From Leucoraja ocellata (lineage: Eukaryota): a stretch of 64,000 bases of DNA. The stretch covers positions 1,054,001 to 1,118,000 of the forward strand of contig JAWMAR010000486.1 in the NCBI GenBank assembly GCA_036785375.1, read 5' to 3'. Shown here one piece after another: positions 24,254 through 36,797 of this stretch (positions within the stretch are counted from its first letter, which is position 1; the number at the start of each line of letters is the position of its first letter). The notes beneath the pieces are model-generated. The model was given only the letters and a program-made list of their open reading frames with translations. It had not been told where the DNA came from and ran no database searches. Position numbers and translations under genes: made by a program.

Positions 24254-27049
24254 CTGAAGCAGCCCAATGTAATATCTATTCGGACAGATTGTCAGGATGG
24301 TTTGAAATAATTTTTTAAAAAGGGCACGTTATTAAAAGAATATTCTGCCAATAAAACCACCTTAAATGACTTGAACCAACTGGGCTCCAACAGCGCTGGG
24401 GGTGTTTATGCCAGTGTGAGTGTGTGTGCATGCAAGAGAGCTAGACATGAATAACGTTACAGCTTTCACAGGCTTCTGTTGCACAGAACAGTTCAGCCTT
24501 TTCAAAATGCCCTTGTAGAAAAGAAAGAATGATGGACGGAACAGCTGTTTGTGAATCATTCTGTTAACAAGTTGCCAGTGTTGAAGACGTGTTATTTGAA
24601 GCATATCCCGCCTAGCCATGGATCTGGAAATATGTTCCACCAGTGTGGAAAGCATGTCATTCTCATTTGAGTTTGATTTTGAATTATCCCACAAAGATAT
24701 ACAGGGTCCTGGCAACTGAGTAAAAAGTTCCATTAGTTTCTTCATTTTGTTAAAACATGCAGATAATAATTAACAGGATTTCATCATTATTGCAGCAAAG
24801 CAAACTGGAATCGGACCAATTCAGAGTGGGCCTGCTGTTGATCTAACAATGGGCAGTTACCTGTCACACAGCGAGCATTCGGCAGGCTCACTTTCTATAA
24901 ATTTGAAATGGGTTTAGACTTGTCAGAGACGCATTGTATCTTGTGCCAAAATGACTATCTGAAAAAAACTGAAGTATCTCACTTGGACTGCTGACAAAGT
25001 CCAGGCTCTTTGACATTCAGGTTTTATTTTTATATATACTTAATTGAAATTCTTCTGTGTACGTGAGATATTGTCCCCATCATTCTCAATTGCAGGCACA
25101 TGTGCAGATACATATTCCACTCATAGTCTCACAAGGTCCTGACTTCCATAATATGTACATCTTATTTACATGTCCGTCATTTTAATGTCTATTGCAAACT
25201 CACAAAATGCCTCCCGAATTAATGCAATATCTGAATGGAATTTGAAGTTATAGGTCTTAATAATGTAGTGTAGTTCTGGGCTGTAGTGGTACAAAACAGA
25301 AGCAGAGATATTAACAAATCTGCGTTTCATAATGCATTGATAAATATTGGAATATTAAACCTTTTTTTTTTTAAATGGCTACATCCAAGGATCTAAATAT
25401 GTTGAGTGTACTGAAAAAAGGAGGCTTGTTCAAGTGAATGTGAATAAACGCACTGTGCTACACAAAAAAAAAGTATACCATTTCTTCCAGGCAATATCTC
25501 TTACTCAACTAAAAAATAACATAAACAATCACTCATTCATCTTGCTGCCACTTGTCAGTGCCAAACATATTCTATGTTTTCCCCACAACAGTTGTTGGCA
25601 CTTAAACATAATTCACTGTGTGTTTTTGTGAATGTTTTATTTTCAATACAACTGCTGCACATCTGGACAACCAAAGCAGCAGTGAATGTTAACTGTGTTT
25701 CCCAACTGTACAGTGGGCACTCCAATGTTTGTACATTGCTTCTCTTATCTCTCTCACAATTGGCTCTCCACCGCACTGCGCTACAAATTCACATGTGGGG
25801 TAGGGTGGTGACCTTGATCGGACATTTGATCCCCCCCATTTGAGATAGAGGGACGGTGGTGGGAATGATGTTTTAACATGAAGATCAATGCCTGTCTTGC
25901 TAAGCAGAGCATCGGCCAAATCCTTTAGTCCTTAAAACTAAATCCAAAGAACATCTTCCAGAAAACAGCACATGATACAGTATAACCAGCTTGAAAGAAG
26001 AGATTAATTGCAGAATGTTTCCAGTGTCTAAAGTTATTGGCTGCGTATCAGAAAATCTTTGTATTGAAAAAGCACAATTTACTGGGAAGCCAAAATGCTA
26101 AATGCGAGTTATGTTGGAACTTGTGATGGAAGAGAAATATTCAAAATATCTCAACAGTTAGATAGCAATGAACTAAATTAAACTCTGGCCGAGCTGTATC
26201 GCCATTCCAGGTGGCATTCTCAACAGGTGTTCAATTTCCTTTCTGGACATCTCCCAATTGCCATTATTGACAGGTTTGGTGAATAGCCAACAGCAAAGAT
26301 CTAAGAATAAGGAGGTGCTAAATGAGGCAGTAATTATTAGATAATGTCAAACGTGTACTTTAATAACCTTGCGTTTTGGGGGGGAGTTAGACTGGTGCAC
26401 CTGGGGGAGAATTAAAATAGAACATAAAAACTCAGAACAATTATCTGTAACATTTCAGACTTCATGGATTGGATTTACTTTCCAGGATTTAATTTCCTGG
26501 AGAGGGTGCTTTTTTTTCCCCAACTAGCCATTGCAGTATTATATAATTTCAGGCTTTCCTAACCAACTAATAAATGTGGGCATTGCAAAGATCTGCAACA
26601 GTTGATTTCAACTCTAGTATTTAATTACTCCAAGCAGGCAGATTGATGCCATTATAGTTGCTGTGGAGACAAGAAGCACTAATGGAACGGAGTCAAGACG
26701 AGTCACACTATGTCCTGCACGAGTGATGTGTTTCCCTGGATGAAACTTTTGAGGACTAAAAGGACTCACTTGGAGATATTTTCTATGCTTTAATATCTTT
26801 TATCCTTTCAATCATTTCAGAATATCTGCTAAATCAAAGCTTGCTCACACGAAGGCTTACTTCATTGCATATTGTTTCATATGATACAAATTACTCTTTG
26901 GCCATCTGTGGGATGAGGAAGGAGAATTGGAAATGATAGCAGTTTCCAGGAATAGAGTTCACAGGGCAGTCAGAAGTCTGGCGGCAATGTATACGAAACC
27001 TGAACAACTTGGGTCTGTGGGAATTTTAAGGTGAAGCGGAAGACATAGG

Positions 27050-27440
27050 AATAAAGGCGTAGACTATTTTCTTAGGAATAAATGTGTTTTCTAAATGGGG
27101 AGAAAATCCAAAAAGCAGAGGAACTTGGGAGGGCTGTTACAGGATTCCCAAAAAGTTAATCTGCAAGTCGAATCAGTAGTAAAGAAAGCAAACGCAATGC
27201 TAGCATTTATTTTAAGAGGGCTGGAAAACAAAAACAGAGATGTACTGCTGAGGCTCTATAAGGAGCTGATCAGGCCGCGTTAGGAGTATTGTGAACAATT
27301 TCGAGCACCATATCTGAAGAAGGATGTGCTGGGTCTGGAGATGGTCTAGAGGAGGTTTACAGGAATGATCCTAGGAAAAAGTGGGTTAACGTATGACGAG
27401 CTTTTGACACCCCTGGGCCTTCACTCACTGGATTTTAAAA
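27050..27440 (+). mobile_element. CR1 ORF2 internal fragment
   Basis: QVESVVKKANAMLAFILRGLENKNRDVLLRLYKELIRP. Confidence 0.85.
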
Positions 27441-27510
27441 GAGAAAAAAAAAAACACACTAAAATTTGGTCCACAAAACTAAGGATTCGCATATTTCTTC
27501 CCAGAGTTGG

Positions 27511-27822
27511 AGTGGCACAGGAGTAGAGCTACTGCCTTACAGCGCCAGAGACCCATGTTCGATAATGACTACAGGTGCTTGTCTGTACATTTGTCTGGAT
27601 GTTTGTATGTTCTCCCTGTGACCTGCGTGGGTTTTCTCCGAGATCTTCAGTTTCCTCCCACACTCCAAAGACGAACAGGTTTGTAGGTTAATTGGCTTGA
27701 TATAAATATAAACATTTTTCTAGTGTGTGTAGGGTAGTGCTAATGTTTGGGGATCGCAGGTCAGTGCTGACTTGGTGGGCCGAAGGGCTTATTTCCTTGC
27801 TGTATCTCTAAACTAAACTAAA
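27511..27822 (+). mobile_element. HE1-like tRNA-derived SINE
   Basis: Same head, core and tail as 23943-24253. Confidence 0.9.
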
Positions 27823-29996
27823 AGCTTGTGTTACAGGAGTTCACACTTTGAGTAGTTCATCTCCAATATTTTTGGATTAGAATTCATTCAAGCTCAGTAT
27901 CATGGAAATCATTATGTTAGTTTAGCAAACAAACGTCTGTACCACTTTGAGATAACGAAGTTAGACACAATGTGCTTAATACATGAACTACTAAAGGACT
28001 AACTTTTACCTTTTAGTGATATCTTAACATATTGGTTACTTCACTTTGACACCTGTAACATATTGACTTAATGGATTAGATCTGGCACTATCTTTTCAAA
28101 AGAAAGGAATTGAACTAACATGTTCAAAGAAATCTAATTAGGTCGCACAATAATATTTTCCTAGTCTTTAAGATACATATAGCCTGCAAAAGGAATACAG
28201 GTTGAACATTGATTTTCCAGAGCCTTTCTGGATTATCCAGATTTGCAGACGAACAGAGATCACGTAATACTGAAATGACAATGCACTGCCTGCCTGGACT
28301 GCTAGCCCCTCTAGTTTCTCCAAAGCACATGGAGTGCCAACAACTAAAATAACACAAATATAAAATGTAAATTGAATGTGAATCGAATGACCTGTCGACC
28401 CATTCCCGGCTCCAACCGTCTCTCGCCGTTTAGGGCTTCCGACCCGACTCCCGACTCGCAAAGTGCACCCGCGAGCCCTTCTTCACCCGCCCCACATTCC
28501 AGTGACACAGCTGTGGTTAAGCTCATGTTTAGCCTCTGGGGACAGAGCTTTCTTTCGGTCGCTGCCACCTCCTCTCCCCCCCCCCCCTCTTCTCCCAACC
28601 CCCTGTGAAGGCAAGCATGTAGAATGTCTTCTTTGTTACCCTATCCACCTGTGACACCAATGAATTGCACAATGGTGCAACTAATTTGCCCTCAAGGTTG
28701 CTCTGCACATGAACTCTGCTGAGTTCATAGCCATTTACAGTGTCAATTTTGCCTTTATGTTGCACTTCCCAAAATGCATTTCCTCGCAATTGTCTGGTTT
28801 AAATGTAAAACTAAAAATATGTTCAGTCTACTACAGAGTGTTCTGTACTGACACGCGTGCTACCTATGAATGAGGCATTAAACTACAGCTCAGGCTGTTT
28901 TCTTGAGTCACACATCCCCTGGCACTATTTGAAAGAAAAACATTGGAGTTATCTTTATTGTTCTAGCCAATGTTAATTCCTCAACCAACACCTAGAAATA
29001 ATGATTTGGTCATGATTGCACTGCAGCGCACAAATTGATTTTCGCATTTCCTACAACAGTATTCAATGCCTATAAACCACAGTGGAATGTTCCAAGTTAT
29101 GTAAGGCACTAAATAATTGCAAGTCTGTGTGTCTTTTCAATTAACAAAAGGAAACAAACTAAGCCTACTTACTGGGGAGAAAGAAAAATCACTTATTTAA
29201 ATTTTTTCCACAAAAAGCACTTTCCTCGGACAGGGCTAAAGGTTTAGAATAACATCAGCCTTTTGAGATTATCAGGGGATGGAATGCGAGACATTACAGC
29301 TAAATCTTTAGTAGCCTTGATGCATGGCAGGCCATGCTAACTCTCAACCAGTGATAAACACTTCATATTGGAAATTGGATTAGTTCAATTAAGGATTTAG
29401 CTGTCTTCAAGTTTGTCTGTGAAACATTACATAAATTATTAAGTATTCCAGAGACTGCCGCAATATTTTTCAAAGTTATACTTGAAAGAAGGATAGTAAA
29501 AGATGGGGTATAGAAAATTTAATTCAGTGTTTTAGTCAATGTATGCTATGCAATGTGGTCAATGAGGCAATGGCTCTAAATATTGAATGTAATATTTTAG
29601 ACAGTTACTGTTAGATTCATTGCTTGATAAAAGACACAAGAGTTGGCTCTCGTATAATGCATTCCAATTAATGTGGAAACATTTTGTTTTTAATTATTTC
29701 AACACTATTGTGGGCGAGTTCAAAGTTTAAACAACCACATTTGTAAAACAGCACGCTAGACGTTTTTGCCTGGGGAGGTAAAGGACTGCACTGTGTTAAG
29801 GACCACCCATACCTCAAGGCATTTATTGCACTGCAGCCATGCAAGAAAACAGTGTGGCCACTAAAAATAATACTCCAAGATACAAAGGACCTGTGACAAG
29901 GGATTTAAATAATACAACCATTTGCAAAGGTTTGCAATAAATTTATGAATTAATTGTTTAGCTTAGAGATATTGTACAGCAAGGAAATAGGCCGAG

Positions 29997-30125
29997 ACTG
30001 AGAAAGGACCTCAACACTAAATGTCACCTATTCCTTTTCTCCAGAGATGTTGCCCGATGGGCTGAGGTACTCCAGCAGTTTGTGTCTATTATCGGTGTAA
30101 ACCAGCATCTGTACTTCCCACCTAC
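29997..30125 (+). mobile_element. Penelope-associated short repeat
   Basis: gtcacctattccttttctccagagatg...actccagcagtttgtgtcta; degenerate core. Confidence 0.7.
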
Positions 30126-30400
30126 ACATGGAAACAGGCCCATCGGCCCATGCAGACCACTAATCGCCCATTAGTCCTATATTATCCCATTTATCCAACA
30201 CCCTAGGGCCATTTTACAGAAGCAAATGAACCTACAAACTCGCACATCCTTGGGATGTGGGAATAAACCAAAGCACCCGCAGGAAAGCCACACATCTACC
30301 GTGAGAACGTGCAAACTCCTCACAGACAGTACATGTTAGGATTGAACCTGGATCTCTGGCACTGTGAGGTAGCAGCTCTACCCGCTGTGCCACTGTGCCA
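30126..30400 (-). mobile_element. HE1-like tRNA-derived SINE
   Basis: Reverse-complement head gtggcacagcgggtagagctgct...; lies about 80 nt into apln intron 2. Confidence 0.8.
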
Positions 30401-30484
30401 CTTGAATTTCATTTGAATCAATAAATGCAACTCTTGCAAAATGGTGCCTATACATTTGTTGTAGTGCCTCTATCCTTACCTGAC

Positions 30485-30645
30485 TCAGAAGGGCATGGGT
30501 CCTTTGTGGGAAAGTCGGGGTCTCAGTCTCCTGTATTTCTTCAGTGGAACATGCCTTTGGTTGGGCCTTCTGCCTCCTTTTTGTACATACATCCTGATGC
30601 TGCTCTCATCCAGTGCTGACCCTTCTGACAGGATGGCAACTGGCC
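30485..30645 (-). CDS. apln: Apelin coding exon 2 (proapelin and mature peptide ...KKYRRLRPRLSHKGPMPF*)
   Basis: Acceptor cttattccattcccag|GG. Translation ends in the diagnostic apelin C-terminus RPRLSHKGPMPF, then TGA (30487-30485). The exon ends 5 nt later at 30480 with donor CAG|GTAAGG. 67+161 nt = 228 nt = 75 aa + stop. Confidence 0.98.
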
Positions 30646-31599
30646 CTGGGAATGGAATAAGCAAGATTAGTCAAGGATGAGGATACATTTATGGCAAAAT
30701 GTGAGTGAGTGTGGAAGATCACAATAAATTCCAATGCAAACTCTAACAGCCAGAATGGGTTTGGAATAAAGACTGGTTAGTGGAGATCATAGTGAGGTAA
30801 TACTGCTGTTCATTCCATCCAAACATACATGCAGCAAAACAAATGAATCCAGCCAGCAATTGAAAATAGATTATTAACCAATTTATTACCACACAGGAGG
30901 CATATGGTAGAACCGCATTTTTAAGTTGTAAACCACAATCTCGCAAAACCGCAGGCTTTTTTAACCACAGTCTGGCTGCATTCAAGGACTAATAATGATT
31001 CTCCAAAAAAAACAAGTGGTGAACATTGACTGGAAATCAGCATTTTCAAATGCCAGCAGCCTCCAGCTAAATCATCCACATTTCACATTGGAAGGTCTGT
31101 CTCATTAGTGGTGAGAGTAAAATGAATGTTTAGATATAATGAACCATATTTAGTTGAAATTAGATTTGCTTTTAAATATGTATTTGTTGAATGAAGCACA
31201 AAGTTTGTTTTCCATGTAAAAATAATATTTGGCTCCTTAAATCATACAAGAGCCGTAAACTTTTTATTAGGTGTTAATTTCCCAGTTGACATTAAATATT
31301 TATTTTCCATTGAGTAATGTTCTTTGCTACAGCTGTCTGCCTGCTCCCTATTAAACATTAATATTCATGCTAAGATATTAAAACTTGCAGTTTGCTTGCT
31401 AATTTTTATAAACAACATCTAAAATGAATGTCTTGCTCAGTCAGGAATGATCATATGTTAATTTCAGGTCAACGCCTGCCCAGATAACACATTCACAGTG
31501 TACTTGTTTTTAGCTCACTATCTTTCTTTCTCCATATTAAAAAGCACTTTGCATCATTTTGATGTCACGCCTACCTCTGACGCATTTAATATACTTGGC

Positions 31600-32430
31600 A
31601 TCTAAGTGCGAGTTTTACTTTAAATGTATAAAATCTGGACTGTGTCTATTCCAAACCCACTGATTCACACAGCTATCATGACCACACATTGTCCCACCGT
31701 ACCTCCTGCATTGGTGACATCACCTTACACTCCATTTCTCAGTCTCCAAGATGAAGCACTCCAAGACATCACAGGCATCCTCTTTCTTCAGCAAACCTGG
31801 GGGTTTCTCCCCTACCTGGCGGATGGATTCCTCACCAGAATCTCCTCTGTTGCCTGCAGTTCTGCTCTCCCTCTTCTGTTCCAGATGGGAACAAGTATAG
31901 AGTTACCCTGGTCCTTAACTTTCACCCTCTGCATTCAACACATCATTGCGCAACATTTCTGTAACCTTCAACATCATCCCACCACCACATCTTCCTGTCC
32001 ACGCCCCTTTCTGCTTTCCATAGAGAGTACTCCCTCTAAATTTCTTGGTTTGCTCATCCCTTCCATCCAGCTTGCCCCCGATTCAGGCACTTTTCCCAAT
32101 AACCACAGGAGATGTAATCTCCACACCTCCTAAACCCTTTCCAACTTCATCTATTGCACTTGGTGCCTCTGATATGGCTCCTTCAACGGCAAAAGCAAGC
32201 ACAGACTAGCCAACTATTTCACCCAAGGCTTGCACTCTGTCCACCAAAATTTGTTGGAGCTCTTGGTGGCAAACCATTTTAGCTCCCTTTCGCATTCCCA
32301 TACAACGTTTCTGTCCTTGGTCTCCTCGATTGTCAGAGTGAGGCCACACACCAAATGGAAGAACAGCATCTTGTATTCTGCATGGGGTGCCTACAACACA
32401 ATGGTATCAACATTGAATTTTCCAATTTAA
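31600..32430 (+). mobile_element. Degraded Penelope-like element ORF end (RT C-terminus + GIY-YIG)
   Basis: NFIYCTWCL*YGSFNGKSKHRLANYF...VANHFSSLSHSH and gaagaacagcatcttgtattctgc (EEQHL.F) resemble PLE GIY-YIG C-termini; many stops. Confidence 0.7.
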
Positions 32431-32479
32431 AGGAATACACCCCCGAGCACTGTCCCCATCGCCCCAGTGTGCACTAGGC

Positions 32480-32925
32480 TGTTTGGCCCATATCCTTCTG
32501 AACCTTTCCTATCCGTGAACCTGTCCAAATGGACATTGTGACTTTATTATACCCACTTCCTCTGGCAGCTCGTTCCAAACCATATTACCCTCTGTGTGCA
32601 AAAGTATACCTTATGTTTGTAAAATCTTTCCCCTCTCACTCTAAACCTACTCCATCTAGTTCTTCATTCTCCTGCTCAGGGGAGGAAAAAATGGGTGCAT
32701 TCCCCTCATAACTTTATACGCCTCTACACAATCACCACCGTCTCCTCTGCTCCAAGGAATAATGTCCAAAGCATCACAACCTCTCCTTAAACTCAGATCC
32801 TCATGTCCTGGCAACATCCGTGTGAATATTTTCTGCACTTTTTCCAGCTTAATGGCATCTTCCCTGCAGCCGGGTGACCAAAACTGAACACAATACTACA
32901 AATGTGGTCTCACCTACATCTTGTA
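32480..32925 (-). mobile_element. CR1-clade LINE 3' fragment
   Basis: QKIFTRMLPGHEDLS...VEAYKVMRG on the minus strand. Confidence 0.8.
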
Positions 32926-33954
32926 AAAGAAGAAGAAAAAGGAAAAAACTTTCTTGGTTCAATTGTACTCCTTCCCCTTCTCTTTTCTTTGAACTGATTT
33001 AGTTTTCTAAGCCGACTCCATTTGTCACACAATTTCCTGTATCATTCCATATGCTCTTCATGTCCCATCTTGCTTTCAACTCAATGTTGTCAATACACGC
33101 TCCAGATATAAAACTATTAAAATCGCTTTATCACTTTTTTGAGCAACGTCAGTATATTTATGATTTCACGAGTGAAATTCTATGTGTAGAACCACTAGTT
33201 CTACACATTTGCAAACCACTTTAAATTGAGGTGTTGGCTTGAAGAGGTGGAGGGGGGTGGGGTATGGGGTAAAGGGGAAAGACCTAACATCAGTTTCAGT
33301 TGGGTGACTGCACACCAACATCAACATCCAATATGGTAATTGGTGCACCCCAAGAGAAATATTGTTCGAGAGCTCATGACAGGAAACGTAGATCCCAAAT
33401 CTGATATAATGCTCATACATACATCCAACCATAATGAATTATCTGCTTATAATTCCTTGAAGATTGGTGACATGCCCAGATTGTAAAATCTGTGATTTTC
33501 TTCCAAGTTCTTTAAAGTGTTTCACTTCTGGATGGCATGTTCAACATTTTTAAATAGGCAAAAAGGCCCAAACTTCAGCAGTCCAACATCTCAGTATCTA
33601 AATGTTTACTAAATCTTACTCTTTAGTTTTCCTTTCAGTCATCCAAGGAAATCTTCAATGCTGCTAATATTTTCCCTTGCAGAAATATTTAATTTGTAAT
33701 TGAAGATTTCCCAGTATCAGTTTATTGATCTGTTTACTACCTCTTCTGCCCTTGCAATTGAGGCCAGATTGCTTATCTCAACTGAACATTGCTCCAAAGC
33801 CCTTTGACTTTTCATTGTCCCTTTCTATTTTAATATTGACTGTGACCATGTTGTGCTTCTGTTAAACAAAACAACTGCTGGTAAAAAAAGTCTCTTCTCC
33901 AGCATTGCCCAGTCTGGAATCTGAAGCTATGCTGAAAGATTGCATATGTAGATG

Positions 33955-34300
33955 TTGTCCTCTTTAGAACAGAGGAGGTGGAGGGCCGACTTAATTAAAG
34001 AGGTATGAAATTATGAGGGGCCTACCTATAATAAATAGGAAGGACACAATGCCTTTACCAGAAGGGTCAGAGATTAAGGAGCAAGATTTAAAGTAACAGG
34101 TGGAATGATTAGAGGAAGCACAAAGAAAAATGTTTCACCTCAAAGAAAGTTAAGGTCTTAAAGAGGGCAGAGGGAGACACCCTCAGTAAGCACAAAGAAT
34201 TCCTGGATATATATACCTAAAGAATCGTGACTTGGATGCCTGTGGACAGAGTGCTAGATGGGGTTGGGCTGTGCAGTTCTTTCTTGACCAGAATGGACAG
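33955..34300 (+). mobile_element. Degraded CR1 3' fragment
   Basis: tctttagaacagaggaggtggaggg...atgaaattatgagggg; interrupted near 34305-34440 by a minus-strand Rex-type tail. Confidence 0.55.
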
Positions 34301-35273
34301 GATCATTGTATTGTATTCAATTTATTGTCATTATCTCATATTAGAGACAACAAAATGAATTTTCCTTACAGTCAAGTATCGTAAAAAAATAAATAAATAA
34401 TAAATAAATAAATAAAACATATTAAAATGAAAAAGAAAAAAAGATCACAAATGGTCTCATTCTGTGTTGTGAAATTTTCAATGATGCTAAGACTCTCCAA
34501 TGTCCTTAACTACCTACCATGATCTCCGTGACAACAACAGTGTGAGTGCAATGTTGAACCTCTTTACAGGCTCAGGCCATAGAGTGGTACAGCACGGAAA
34601 CAGGCCCTTCGGCCCAACTTGCCCATGTAGACCAAGATGCCCCGTCTACACTAGTCTCACCTGCTCAGTGCTGTGGTAACGTGGGCCAGTTCCTTCGAAA
34701 AACAATGCTCTCCCTTACCCGAGCAAAGACCCGCTTATTCATCAGTCGTGTAAAAATAACACTGAATTCAGCCTTTTCTAGGCAGGCAGAAAATAACTGC
34801 ACTTAATTCAAGTCATGAGCATTGTTAATCCATCAACTGCACATTTTGAAAAAAAAATACTGAAAATAGAGTGAACTACTTCTGCAGGGTAAATGCTTCA
34901 AGTATGTGCATAATTCTTGGTGGACTGCAGCAACATGTCTGCATAAGAATGAGATTATAAATTAATAATTATTTATAGCTATTTCAGTTCTATTCATTTC
35001 TCTAATTGTAAGTCAGAATATTCATTAATAAAACATGGGACATTTGCTGCTTTGTTGCTACCTGACTGAAACTGTTTCTGAAAGAGCAGCAGCAACTCTT
35101 GCACTTTGCCTTTCTCATTAAACACATTTCCTACGTTAGGACGAGCTACCCAGTAGAGCGAGCTAGTACTGTATGTATTCTTTGATTCTGGAGTCCCAAT
35201 CCATAACATCTTGATAAAGAAGCTGCAACATCCCTCTCTCTCCATCTCCCTCCTCCTTAGCTCACAGGTGGAT

Positions 35274-35562
35274 GGCACAGTGGCGCAGCAATAGTGTTGC
35301 TGCCTGACTGACAGTGCCAGAGACCCGGCTTCGATCCTGACCATGGGGGCTGTTTGTACAGAGTTTCCATGTTCTCCCTGTGACTGCGTGGGTTGCCTCC
35401 AGGTGCTCCGGCTTCCTCCTACATTCCAAAGACATGCAGGTTTGTAGGTTAATTAGCTAAATTGTACGTACGGTGTAGGAAAGAATTAGTGTACATTGGT
35501 CGGCATGGACTCGATGGGCAGAAGGGCCTGTTTCCATGCTGTATCGCTAAGCTGAACTAAAC
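35274..35562 (+). mobile_element. HE1-like tRNA-derived SINE
   Basis: A/B boxes, core, gaagggcctgtttccatgctgtat tail. Confidence 0.9.
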
Positions 35563-35685
35563 CAAGCTCCCCGACAGATCCCCCTGGTCAGCACTGTTTA
35601 ATATAACCACTACAGTTTTAAAGCAGCGAGCTTCATTGTGAAAGGAAGAGCTAACTGCTCAATTGGTAATCAAATTCCATGAAGT

Positions 35686-35785
35686 GGAGGGTCTGAAGAA
35701 GGGTCTCGACTTAAAACGTCACCCATTCCTTCTATCCATAGATACTGCCTGTCCCGCTGAGTTACTCCAGCATTTTGTGTCTATC
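35686..35785 (+). mobile_element. Penelope-associated short repeat with hammerhead-like motif
   Basis: gggtCTGAAGAagggtctcgacttaaaacGTCaccc; stem I gggt/accc present, GAAA mutated. Confidence 0.75.
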
Positions 35786-36707
35786 CATGAAGGAAAAATC
35801 TGTTTTTATCTGGTATCTGAAAAAGAAACACTGTGAATTTTAAAATAAACTTGCACTGCATGAACTCAGTCATGTAGACAGACATGATTTTTTTGAAATC
35901 CCTTACCCTATCCCTTACCCAGCCAGTCTCCCACCTCTCCTGACCCATCAGAATATCCCCCCTCAAGCACGAAGCAGAAACAAGCCAGTTAGAGACTTCA
36001 AATTGACCTGATGCGTAAACCACTCATCGCTTTCTGTCCTTAATGTCTTCTATTTTACTTTTTCTTGGGGAATGTGGATAAAATGTTCATTTAAAGGTTT
36101 CTTTGATGATGTAGGATTCAATCACGCATCAAACACTGGCTGATACTTTAGCTAATGATCTGAGATAAGAACCTCTTGTCCTATTCCTACCAGATGCAAA
36201 TAAAAGGAAGACAAAAAACAAACAGTATGTTTATTCTATCTCCCTCGAAATTCCAGGAGCTCCAGGTGTAGTCATCTGGACGCCACAAGAAAGGTTTAAG
36301 ACACACCTGTTCCAGGTTCCACAACCCCCTAAACACAAGGCCCTTTGCAAGTCCTCTTCTCATGATTTAAACACATGCTGATGACCATTCCTTTAGCCTG
36401 ATATAAAGAGCCGTTAATGCAGGATCTAACCATGTAGACGTTTTCTTGGGAAACATCCTTCAAGTATTGTTATACCACTACATCTTTTATTTGGGCTTTG
36501 GGAACAGAGTTATCTCAAATACAATTGTCAATGCATTGACTACATGCACTTAAACAATATATTCTGATGGTACATCCCATCTCATTTATACCCTGTACAA
36601 TATTTGCAGGGCATTTAATTTTAAAGGCCATAATTAAGGACCAATCCCATTCTTAAATGTCATCCATAAAGACACGATCAGAACATGGACAAAAAAAGCC
36701 AGAGTAT

Positions 36708-36797
36708 TACTTTTCTCCACAGATGCTGCCTGACCTGCAGCATCTGTGGAGAAAAGTATTAGTTCAAGTTTCAGGTCGAGACCCTTCCTCAGACTGA
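36708..36797 (-). mobile_element. Penelope-associated short repeat with perfect 22-bp hairpin
   Basis: Arms 36708-36729 and 36737-36758; minus-strand CTGAGGAagggtctcgacctGAAAC. Confidence 0.75.

Noticed and set aside
24892-24958. AG/GT-bounded 67-nt candidate exon
   Set aside because: Weak donor, lies after the apln stop codon, no homology.
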